From Orbicella franksi (taxonomy: Eukaryota), in assembly GCA_964199315.1 (NCBI GenBank), contig OZ116711.1, positions 5,704,001-5,768,000 on the forward strand: a DNA stretch of 64,000 nucleotides, in the 5' to 3' direction. The notes below the pieces were generated by a model. The model had not been told where the DNA came from. It saw only the letters and a list, made by a program, of their open reading frames with translations, and did no database searches. Made by a program: the position numbers and the translations under genes. Positions 49,401 through 60,700 of the stretch are shown here, in pieces (position 1 is the stretch's first letter; the number at the start of each line of letters is the position of its first letter).

Positions 49401-52400
49401 CGTCTAGCAACACTTTCAACTTATCTTCAGGTTTAAACAGACACGGAATTGCCTCCTGGATGAACTCTATCGAATATCGGAAATCATCCTTCTTTTTGTT
49501 GTTTAGCTGATCGCCAAATTGTTTCAGCTCTTTCTGTAGCTTTTTAAGATCTTGCTCAAGGGTGTCGATACGCAAATCCCCTTTTCGAACTTGCTGTATC
49601 ACTAGCGAGGACAAAATACGGCTGTATACATAAAGTTTGAGTTCTCGTTCTGAGTGTCGGTCAGTTTTGAACAGTCCCTCGGGCGGGAGAATAGATGACC
49701 TTATAACGACTTCCACAACCAGCAAGTTCTCGTAGCAGCTATCAAAGTTGTCCTTGCAGATCAAATGAAGAAGCAGCTGAAGAGCTTGCCTAACGACTTT
49801 GGCGCTCTTTCTGCTGGAAGATATTCTGGCTAAGGTCTCGTAGATTTTCTCATTGGAAGAGGAGCATTTACCCCACGATTCTTCTTGATGCGGGAGAATT
49901 TCATGGAGTATGAAATCTTCTTTTTCCTCTTGAAGTGAACATGCGTTGTTGTCCATGTCACAAATGAATTTCACTGGGTTTTCGAGAAATTCTTCGATCG
50001 ACCATTTAAACGTAGCGTCTCCTGAAATCGTTGTCAAAAAAAATAATGATCATAGATTGAAACTGTAATTGGAGTGTATATAAGATACATAAATGCTACG
50101 TGACTCGTAAGAGAGAAGAGTCTGGATGCGCAAACTGACTTATCATATTATTTCCATGATGGAATGTTATGACAAAATTAGATCTAAAAATCAGAAACAA
50201 GTATTTGGTATTTGATTTTATATCTATTTGAGCTAAAAGAGGGGCACCGTGGGAATCATGAATACATCTATGTTCAGGGTTTATCTTTTAACAGCCATTT
50301 AATTGAGAGCAACAAGGTCGACAAGTGGCTCAAAAGTTAACTGACAAATGAAAAATGCACTCTCCCACCCCCGAGACCCTCTTAAAGAGGCTGGACAGTA
50401 TTATTGTCGTCGGCTGCCTTCGTACAAACTCGACTGTTTGCAAGTATCAATGCAGTCTTATTTGAAAAGTCAACGATCAAAAATTCCTCCACGCTTTACG
50501 ATAAAAACGTTGAAAACGTTTAAGTTAGCGGATTAAATCCCGGTGGGTAAGCTACGCAGCAGTACTTTCGTTTGGGTCCGCTTATTGTGCTGTAAAACGT
50601 GGCTGCAACATTTTGGTCAGTTGATGAAACTCCTAGTTGGTGTAACCATTCGGATGACACTGAGACGGTTTTAGCAACTTTCATCTGACAGTATTTTAAT
50701 GGACTTAAGATTAGTTTATGACTTACCTTTCCCGTAAAGAATGACTTTACTCGGCTTTGCATTCCACTTTTGTACTTTCTTTCCATCTCGCTGTTCACGG
50801 TTAATCAGGTAGTAGGAGCCTGGACAATTCTCACCGACTTCAATTATAGTTTCCTCCGATGTTCGGCGGCCATTTTCGGGGTTGACCTCTTTCGATGGGG
50901 AGTTGTCAGGAGGCTGTATTGCGCTTGTACTGGGCTGGTCAAGATTTTCCTCACCTGAATAATGAGAAGCATAAAGTCAACATTTGTAAACTGTTGATTT
51001 TTGCTTATCGTTACTTGAGATTTTACTTCGTTAATTAACATGTGTTGTTAAATACCAAATGTATGAAGTGGCCTTATGTCTATAATCAACTAAAATACTT
51101 AGCGATTATGGCCATGTATGGAGTTAGCGAGAAACAAACTATTTGACCTTGCATGTACAACGGTATGCTATCTCAGCGTTTACTACATCACACTTATACC
51201 TGTTGGATGACTATGAGGAGTACCCTTGATGATTGCTCTTTTCTTGCCAACAGCAACCGGACCACTGCATTTTACAACGTTGATAGTGCTGTACGTCTTC
51301 TTAACGACAGGTCTACGTCTTCCACGGCTTCCTGGATGTTCATCTGAAATATAAAATTAAAAAAAAAAAAAAAATAGCTGGCTGTACTGATTGGACAAGG
51401 CTGCTCATTCCCGAAGAAACAAGGGCCATTGCTTTAGGAAATTTTTCGCTATTGCATGAACTCATATCAAACTTACTCACCCGAAATCTGCGAGGAAACG
51501 TCCGAACTTGAGTCATCAAAACTTGAACCTAAAGAGAGAAGTAAGCGCCAGAATTAGGATATAAAATTACAACGAAACACAACAAATAACTAATGGAAGA
51601 AAGAAGCCTCTCATCAGTCTGTTCATAGAGCGAAAACATTCACACAGGGAGCCCTCTCATGAAACTAGAGGACGAGAAAATGTCGGAAACTTATCTTGCT
51701 TTGTGGCAGCCATTTTGAATTTTAAATACGCGGTCAGGGATCTGGCGCGAGAATATTTGGAAACCGGTCCGAACTATGGCAAGACAGCGTCGAGATTCCG
51801 CATTACTTGGAAGACAATTTTTCTTAGAAACTAACGAAATAACTCAGCGAAAATACGAAAGGTGTGACTATTTATCTGTGCGCCTATTTTGCCTAAAGCT
51901 TTCCAGTTGTGCCATATTTTGGCGTCGTTCTGAAACGCTTGGTTTGGTTGCACCCGAGGTGGGGGACTCCCATGTAAAAAGGTCGGAGACACTCGTCGTC
52001 TCGCTCAGGGGTGTAAATCAAGGATTCTGGCCTCACTTAGTGTGTTCATTACGAAACGCCACTATTTTTAGCTTTCAAAGTATCTTTTAGGCTGCACTCG
52101 AAGAAATAATAATAAAAAACCCTCTTCTTTCGGTCTTTAAGCTCGATTTCTGCTGGTCTCTAGATTCTATAATTCAATTTTTTCGACGAGCATCCCCAGA
52201 CTTTTCATATTGGAGTTCCCTTCCCCGGGGGTTGCATCTGTTTGCCAGTCGGCAGATCACGGAAGTAAAAATATTATCTTCCGCAATATATTGTCAGACC
52301 ACAAAAGGCAACTCTTATCCTCGAATAACTGTACACTAGTAGACTGGAGGAGAAAGGGACAGACACAGATTGAACTATTTTCAAAGTGATCAAACCAAAA

Positions 52401-54896
52401 TGATGTTTCAAGGCAAAGACGAAGAAAGAATTGCAAAGAAAGACGATGATTATTGTAGTTTGCCCCCTAGTTTGCTAATGAAGACGTCTGAAAGTCATTT
52501 AGCTTCACTCCTATGATAACCTCATGAAAATTGCTCCGCATTGTATATTGTTTTTCGAATACTGACTCGTGATTTTTGTTCATTTGTTTCAAATGCTCAT
52601 CGCCGCCAGTGAAAATAAACAGACTCGCTTAACCATTTGAAGCTTACTCAAACTTGAACTACAAATGACGTCAATGATGGGTCACGGAATGAAAGAGCGG
52701 AAGTCTTAAGATAACCCCGGGTTTTTTCCCGTTTGTTGTTTTAAATCACATTAGAAAACAGTTAAGTACGATAAAATAGGCATATGCAAGTGTCTCGAAC
52801 AAAGGCGTTTATCTCAGTCTTTAATCTGAAACGTGCTCAAACAACCAAGATTACAAAATCAATTTGATTTGTAAATTGTTTATTGCATGCTATTTTCTTG
52901 GTCACGGTACATTCAGGTGTGACAATATAGGTGTTTCTTTTTATTCCGGCAACCTACCTCAGGACCTGTCAATACTACAGTAGTTCAACTAGCTAAGCGC
53001 AGTTAAACATTATGGGTTCTAGTTTCATGATCTCGATAGTTTTACGATAGTTTCGCGATCCCGTAGTAAACCTACAAAGCGTGAAGTTCATACATGTCTG
53101 GCCTTGAGAAGTGTGTCCAATATGATGTTTGTTTGGAAACGAAACTGAGGAGAGCTGAAACCAGACAGCGAATCATTATACCTAAAAGTAGCTAATATAG
53201 TTATCAATATACCTAAAAGTTGCGTAGCCTAGCCTGCGTGGGTCTGCATGGTTTCCTTTGTAGCAGCAAAGCTGCATGTTTCTTGTTGTAACTCGTAGAC
53301 AAGCAAATGAACTCCATATAATGAACACACTCAATGGCGTTTTTAATCTATCGGAATGCTACGGCTACAGAAGGTGTATCGCGGCTGTATTGCGGCGCGA
53401 ATCCGACCAAGAGCTCTACTTTGGTATCAAGTGCTCTTTTAATTTGAAAGTTAGTTCTTCATCTCGCAAATCTCGCAGAGCGTATAGTCCCATGGTGACC
53501 AGCCTTATCTAAATCATTTTGCATAGCGTCGTTATCAAGTAGCGTTGGCTGATTACTTGATTCGAAAGCTATTTTACTTACCGTCTTCAGAAGACATAAT
53601 CGCTAAGAAAGAGGAACGAGCATCGTTCAACATAAGACACAGATGGACAGGGGGAACGGGAGTTGGACACCTCTGCAGACAGGCAGTGCTTGCAAAAGAC
53701 TACTTCTGAGTAATTAATTGCGGGGAAACCTCGTGACGTGTTACGGAATATTTGGGAAATGAGGTAGTGTCTATTACGAGACGTCACGCATAAAGTGGAA
53801 TAAAAAGGTTGTGCACCTCTTACAGCTGTAAGAGCTAATTGATTGAAAAACCATTCTTACTACCGTCTGAAGACATCTTCTCTAAGTTAGGGGTACTAGG
53901 GTCATCCATGGACTGAAAAGAACGCGAATTCGACTGCTCCGCTTGCAGAAAGCTGCCAACCCCCAACTTACGATCAGTCACTGGCTCCCGGGCATTGATT
54001 ATGGGCAGCTTGCCAATGACGCAACAGTTTAAGGTCGACACACGGAAGCTTACGCAGTGAGCTGGTAAATTTTTCTTTGGTTTCATTCAGGAGGCTAATC
54101 AGTTGCTATCAGAAAGAGTTTTTGTAAACCAGACCCAACCCAATGATAAACACATGTGGTAGACTCGGTAGACAGAACCGTAATGTTATAATCATTGTGT
54201 GGAACGTGTTTAACCAACCCAAGATTACAAATTCGGCGTAATTTGTTAATTGTTTACCGCTTGCCATTTTATTGGTCAGTAGGTGTGAAATTTTGTATTC
54301 CGATAACTTTCCTGTCAATACATGTAGTACAGTAGTACAGCTAGCTGAGCACAGTTTAAAATTATAGGTTCTAGTTCCACGATCTCAATAGTTTCACGAT
54401 AGTTCCGCAATCTCACTGAACTCATATTAAACCTACGAAGCGTGAAGGTTCATATCTGGTTTTTAACAGTGTGTCCAATATAATGTTTGTTTGGAAACGA
54501 AACTGAGGAGAGCTGAAACCTGAACCGATATGCACAGATAAAAAGTTTAGAAGCCTAGCATGCGTGAGTTCTGCATGGTTTCCTTTGTACTCTCTTGCTA
54601 TACCTCGCAGACATGCAAATGAACTCGATAATGAACACACTCAATGGCGTTTTCAGTCCATCGGAATGCTACGGCTAGTGAATGTGTATCGCTGCTGTAT
54701 TGCGGCACAAATCCGGCCAAGAGCTCTACTTTGGTATCAAGTGCTCTTTTAATTTAAAAGTTAGTTCGTTATCTCGTAAACTGTAGTCTCAAGGTGACCA
54801 GCCTTATGTAAACTATTCTGCATAGCATCGTTATCAAGTATCGTAAGATAATTACTTGATTTGAAAGCTATTTCACTTACCGTCTTCTGAAGACAT
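38193..54896 (-). CDS. Tandem-pseudokinase scaffold paralogue B, near-complete model of about 1550 aa
   Basis: Exons: first coding exon 54896-54881 or 53597-53582 (MSSED-G), 51528-51481, 51343-51200, 50954-50727, 50021-49279, 48708-48540, 48214-47471 (alternative donor 47486), 47152-46917, 46350-46200, 45635-45574, 45305-45266, 44028-43969, 43840-43781, 43268-43225, 42695-42636, 42010-41873, 41662-41483, 41093-40984, 40669-40513, 39833-39688, 39309-38193. They sum to 4653 nt in frame; many exon lengths equal those of A (169, 236, 138, 180, 110, 146). Confidence 0.88.
39958..40205 (+). mobile_element. tRNA-derived SINE, near full length
   Basis: A-box cggttaaggcgc, B-box gggttcgcgccc, core gtaaccctgcgatggactagcatc, 3' tgggccacttggc. 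Confidence 0.75.
43424..43700. repeat. Compound (TCAA)n/(TCAG)n microsatellite, partly duplicated
   Basis: Runs at 43424-43580 and 43650-43700, both preceded by aattgtgaaatcaatcaat. Confidence 0.9.
43757..44100 (-). repeat. Tandem duplication (about 188-bp unit) of a 60-nt micro-exon with flanking intron
   Basis: cactgaagaaatcaaatcgt at 43756 and 43944; exons 43781-43840 and 43969-44028 share an identical acceptor context (ttatcag|ACCTG) and phase 1-1 ends (CATATG|gtaa). Confidence 0.85.
51953..52230. mobile_element. Non-autonomous DNA element with CCCG...CGGGG ends
   Basis: cccgaggtgggggactcccat.taaaaagg..cgg left end and ccgacgagcatccc...ggagttccc.tccccgggg right end; similar element at 63697-64000. 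Confidence 0.6.
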
Positions 54897-55150
54897 ATCG
54901 CTAAGATAGAGGCACTAGCTTCGTCTCCACATTGGTTACAAACGCACAGGAATTTTACTCCTAGTCTCTGCCTGCCGAGACTGCTAAGGGCTATTTGCTG
55001 TTCATTGCTATTGTAGCGCTGTCATTAATTCCGGGGAATCCCCTGACGTGTTACGGAATATTTGGTAATTTGACGTGTTGTCTATTATGGATAGTCACGC
55101 AAGTATGGTAAAAGGTTTTACGTCTCTTACATTTGAAATCAGTTGACACC
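52835..55150 (-). repeat. Direct duplication of about 1 kb (about 52835-53850 and 54205-55150), each copy carrying a candidate first coding exon of gene B
   Basis: Colinear shared blocks (caa(c)ccaagattacaaa; gaaacgaaactgaggagagctgaaacc; ccaagagctctactttggtatcaagtgctcttttaattt; ttaccgtcttc.gaagacata; gacgtgttacggaatatttgg). Both copies read ATG TCT TC(T/A) GAA GAC G|gtaagt on minus. Confidence 0.85.
55033..55049. promoter_or_regulatory. kappaB site GGGGAATCCCC followed by TGACGT (CRE/ATF-like half site)
   Basis: Direct sequence match about 140 bp upstream of the distal MSSED start codon. The proximal copy has the degenerate GGGGAAACCT..TGACGT at 53722-53739. Function is inferred. Confidence 0.5.
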
Positions 55151-55754
55151 GTTCTTCGGTAGGATTATTTATAGTTACTACCAAATTATTAGAGACATAT
55201 TTTCCCATGTGATCATATATAAGTTCTTTTACTGCAGATTAATGGTCCTGTAATAATGACTCAAACTCGATTTGGGTCAATAACTACAGTGTCTCAATTA
55301 CACTGCAACACGGAATTGTCCAATTTGTTGATTGGCTGCTTGCCAGTTACATAACTGCGTCACTTAAGAAACATGCATGAAAACTAGGGAGGGAGGATGG
55401 AGCTGCACTTCTTAGTTGATAAATTCCCTGAGATGAGGAAGCTGCGGTTTATTAAGGTTATTTTAAATGTCCCAGCTTCTACCATCAGCAAATTTAACCA
55501 GCCTCAAATGAGTAATTGCGTGGCCTTATAGATGTAAAAACCCATGAAGGACAAGCACCGTGCATTCCCTAGCAACTAAAAATATGACTTGTTACTTGTG
55601 TCGCTTTGTCACACAGTCGAAGCATCAATCTCCCTCAATAATGACTTATCCTTCCTCCCCCCCTCCGAAAAAAAAAAACAAAAACAAAAAAAAAAAAACA
55701 AGTAATCTAAGGTGTCAGAAATGATCTTGGAGTATTTAAGAGCGCGGCAAACGG

Positions 55755-55960
55755 AAACGTTCAAACCTTGTGGCCACGAGGCCGGTGTTTATCTCGATCC
55801 AGTTTTTGTAGCATGACGCAAATAGGAATATTTCTACTCTTTCCCTCCCCTTGGATAAAATGCTAGTCTATCGCCGGCAGGGTTACTCTACCATTTAATT
55901 CGCCGGTACCTGGGTTGTGAGAGGCACTGTTAAAGGAAAGTGTGTTGCCCAAGAACACAA
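55755..55960 (-). mobile_element. tRNA-derived SINE fragment
   Basis: Reverse complement of the core seen at 39958-40205. Confidence 0.6.
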
Positions 55961-56407
55961 CCAAAGGTAAAATGAAAAAATTTAACCACGCGCAACAAGT
56001 CAAACAGCTTTCATTCGTAGTTTGCCCACAAATGAAACATCGGATTGACATAAAATTTGCTGAAAGAGATAAAATGATATATAGACAGGGCTAAAAACTT
56101 GAAAAATTATTATTATAAAACCGAACGTTTTCTGTCAATATCAGGATTGACGAAAATAAGTCGAAGATGATGATGACAATAAGTCGAAAACTTTTAATTT
56201 AATTTATGATGTTTCTAGTTTTTAGCTTGTATATATATATTGGATTATTATAGATTAACAATTGCTCACGTTGGAACCGTTGAACACACCGCACTAGAAT
56301 CGAGAGAAAAACTCTCTCTTAAAAACATAATACCATATTTGATCTCACAGACCAACTCGCTAAACTATAAGGCCACTGCGCCTGAGGCGAAATAGAATTG
56401 AACAAAT

Positions 56408-56408
<1 letters not shown>

Positions 56409-56446
<38 letters not shown>
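56409..56446. repeat. (TAA)n microsatellite
   Basis: About 12 units. Confidence 0.95.
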
Positions 56447-56449
<3 letters not shown>

Positions 56450-57413
56450 TATTTATATAGCGCCAATCCACTATTTGTCCATGGCGCTTTACATTAAATA
56501 AAAAAAAAATTTAAAAAGCTAAAAAAGGGGAGGGGAAAAAAAAATAAAAAAAATAATCTAAAAATTAAAAGAGTTAAAAAGCTTGTTTTAAAATAATAAC
56601 TGGAAATAACACTAATAGTGACAATTAACATTATGCAACTAAGTCAATATAGGATGTTAAATATTCTCCCCTCTAACTGCCATCGTTTACAGCGAAACTG
56701 AATGAGCAAGTCAGCAATTTTTGGACTGTGTCAATAGAGCTAAAAAGCTGTTCTGCTGTGCTGCGAGGCAAACCCAAGAGTTGCAATCAAATGGGAACGA
56801 TTGACCCTCTGGCACAACTCTGAAGGTATTCTCATAGTTTCGTTTTGCCATGTTTATCTAAATTAGTCAACTTTCTGTTTTGTTACTTTCCGTGCAAATG
56901 TGGCCTATGTTTCTCAGTTTCGTGACTTTTTTGTTTAAGCCTATCTTTTCTAGATCATTATTTCTTTTCTGCGTAGTTAGCCTAAAATCAGTATCATTCT
57001 AATACCTATCCGGAAGCTGTAAGTTAGTACTTGGTATGATGAACTACTGCATGATCAAAACGTTATATCGCATGTCCAATTTCAAAACACACGCATGGTC
57101 TAAAACTGATTCACCTTATTTTCAAATTCAACAGCCTTCTGAGGCTTGGAATCTATTTAGTTCCCTAATTCGCCTCAACACAGTACTTCCTATCAACTTT
57201 AATACACTAGTAAATATATTTACCACAGTGTCGTATCCAATTAAAAAAGCGATTAATTTATCGATGGCTGCTGCAATCGATTTTGTTATTTATCTTCCTC
57301 AATATTACGGCTACTCAAATAGGATTGCCATTGATTCTGAAAAATTCTAAGCTGAGTCTTTACTTCGAGACTCAAGGATCCTTCCAATTTCCAAACGTAG
57401 CCGTCTATACATT

Positions 57414-57571
57414 CAGTGGCGGATCTAGGGCATGGGCTTACCTCTTTACCCCTTATTTTGGGTAAAAAAAGAAAAAAAATGGAAGGAAGAAAAGCCGGCA
57501 GGCAAGCAAAAAAAAAAAAAAAACCGCCCTTCCCCCCGCCCCCGTCAGCTCAAGGTCTGGATCCGCTACTG
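57414..57571. mobile_element. Short MITE with CAGT(G/A)GCGGATC terminal inverted repeats
   Basis: cagtggcggatc at 57414 and gatccgctactg ending at 57571. Confidence 0.7.
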
Positions 57572-57793
57572 ATATTACCTGAATTAAACCTACTTCATGC
57601 ATGCATGGCCTGTATGTACGAAGACTACCCAGTTAAGATAGATTATTATAGCATGCTCATATAAGCCACTTTTGTTTCTGTCCGTACACCTTCTTACTTT
57701 TCCGACGCCCAGCATTCTGTGGCACTTGCTGTGGTTCTAAGCTTTGGTTTCGGTGCATGTAAAAATCTTCGTCACTCCCGACAGTGTTCGATT

Positions 57794-60700
57794 CTACTTT
57801 CTGACACTTTTTTTCCTTCCTTGTACAATGTCCTGATAAAGAAACTCTGCATCCTTTAACAACTTTTGAATGGCCATGTCCTCATTTGAGTCGTATTTCA
57901 GTTTGTATTCCATGTTCTGGAAGATTTTAGTGGAATTTATAGGTCCAGAAGAGAAACGTTCGTCTTCTTGCCCTTGATGAGGGCCTTGCACAAGAAGGTC
58001 GACACAACTGTAGAACTCAGCAGAGGAATCATTACCGCCGTACTGGGGCAAAGGTGTACTTGATTTTTTAGTATCGGAAGTGATAAAACATGGTTGTTCG
58101 CCAGTCCTCTGCTCTATCGAAAGTGGCATGTAACCCTGGTTGGTTTTATCAAGCTCCTTGTACGCTGTGTTATCCTCCAAACGCAGATCGTGTTTGGGGC
58201 CATCTTCAACGTCAACTCCTCCTTCATTGTTTTCAGATATGTCATTAACAGAAGATCCTCGGGAAGACTGAGAGATATCAGGGGATTCGCACAGTTCGTA
58301 TTGTTCGTGATCTGAAATGGCATCTTCAGGCTGAGACACAGAACAGCCACGTTCTTCACCAAACATTTCTTCAACTGCTGGATAAGAATAGTAGTAATCA
58401 CGGCTCTCGATGGTCTCACCTCCTTGTGCAACCGTTTGTTGTCCCTGGCCAAATTTAGAGCTGCGGTCACGAGAAAGGCCGACACTTGCCAAAGATTCTC
58501 GTGGTGACTGATGGGACACAGAGGATCCTTGGTGTAATGACTGAGAGATATCAGGGGATTCGCGGAATTCGTATTGGTCTTCATCTACCGTACCTGCCAC
58601 ACTTCTTTGAATGCTCTCGACGTACAAGTACTTGTGGTGGGTAAAAAAGCTTTCCGAGCACATTTTTTCGATAACGTCTTTGGAGGGGTGTTCTTCTGCC
58701 CGTGTCACATGGCATGCACCCTCGGGCTGATAGATTGGCAAATCTGGCCTCTCGCTTTCATCATGATTGTTTAACCATAACTTCATCATCCACGACTGCA
58801 TCGGTTCCCTTAAAAGACGTAGAAAGTATGAACATAGTACCCATTTGCCAGTTAAAGATCGATTCATAACGTAATGCCTAAACTGCGCCAAAAAGAATGT
58901 TTCTGACTTTCGCCAAATGAGTACGAAAGAAATAATAGACTTAAGACCTTTATGAGTAAAGAAAGCATGCCAAAGAAACTATGTTATACTTAAGACTGAA
59001 ATTTGGGAAAGAACATAGTATTTCAAACATTTATTTGTCAAAAGGATCAAACGAATATTGATCTTAGTCAAAATTCTCAAATCCAGCTTAGAATCATTAC
59101 AGGATGCAGATCTGATGGACCAAAATCTAAAAATTTAAAGTGGTTGGGAATATCGTTTTTCAGCAAGTTCGATGATGTTCCCTATTCTACATTGTATATA
59201 TCATACAGTGTACCTGCTTGAAAGGCAATCTAATATAGCAATAATTGGTGGTCTCTGTTTTGGGTCGTATGTCCAGCACTGATGCATCATGATGTACACC
59301 CAATCAGGACAGCCGTCAGGTTGGGTAAGTGGTCCTTCGTTTTTCATATGGTTACACAAGGTTGACTGGGAAAACAATATAGCAGTGCATGATTACAACC
59401 ACGCTGACGTAGACGTCTTATGTCCACGTGCAATTCTGTTGTAGCTGCGTTAAAGGCGTATAAATATACGATCTGATTTGTTTGTGATTTCCTGACATTA
59501 CTAAAGAATGTATCAGGCTTGGAGGAAATGTGTCTGTATTACAGTTTGAAGTTCCAAATGACGATGAAGAGATGTATAAACGTTATTCAGACACCCTATT
59601 AAAACCAAATTATTGCTGGTGCTGAGGTCGGTCCGCTCATTTTCACTGTTGAATGAGATCTATCGTTGTTATAAATCTGGCCCTTTTCCCCACAGGGAAA
59701 CGAGGAAACAAGACGAATAAGTTGATTTAGAGAAAGAAAGCGGAAAATGAAAGTTTATTGATCGATCGATCATTCAATCCTTATATGACTACGTACCTAA
59801 TTGTAAATACTTCAATTCATGAGTAAGCTTTGCATGTGACATATTTACCTTATCGGAGCCTATACTGTGGTAGGGCAAAGAAGCACGTATATCACTTTGA
59901 CCAACAGCGAAGGAAGTGTACAATTCCCATGCTAAGATTCCAAAAGCCCACACATCGCTTGCATGAGAATAGTGATTCTCTAAGATCACTTCCGGAGCAC
60001 ACCTACCCATTCAGAGTATAAAGCTAAGTAAATATGCAGGTGTCATTCAATTTTAACACTGTTTTAATATGAGCTTATTTTTACCAATTAAGCTTTCAAT
60101 ACAGCTGTGTCAAAATCCTGAAAACAGTTGAAGGGAGTTTTAAGTTCTTATACATCGATCAAACATCTTTTTGGCAGTTCAATTGTTCAACAAACTTAAA
60201 ACTCATCCAAACACAGATGGTTCCCTTGAGCTAAGCTTTTTGCGCTCGTTTAATGTCTCTCGCGTGCGGAATCATTCAGTTTCCGTCTACTTTTCTTGAC
60301 AGTGGCTAGGAGTTAGACCACGCCTATTGAAAATAGTTTGTCCTTGGTTTTAGCCTAATATAACGACAGTCTGACCTGTTTCATAACAATTTCTTTGTCT
60401 CTCGTAATCCAGTTATTCCAGTAATTTCAGTTTCAAAAGTCGTGTACACCAAGTTTTAACGTTTGAATGCATGCCACAAAAGTAAATACGAAAACATTAC
60501 TCTGATTGGTCGAGTTGAAATTCAACTCGTTACCAAGAAGATATGCGTACAATTAAACATTTATAGGTATAAACCTACGTATACGTCCTTAAGTAAAAGG
60601 ACATAACCAGTAGTTGAAATATAAACATTTTGGGGACAGCTCAATAAAAGTTAAATTGCATTATGACCGCTTCCTGGTGCGTACCAGGGTTGGTAGGAAA

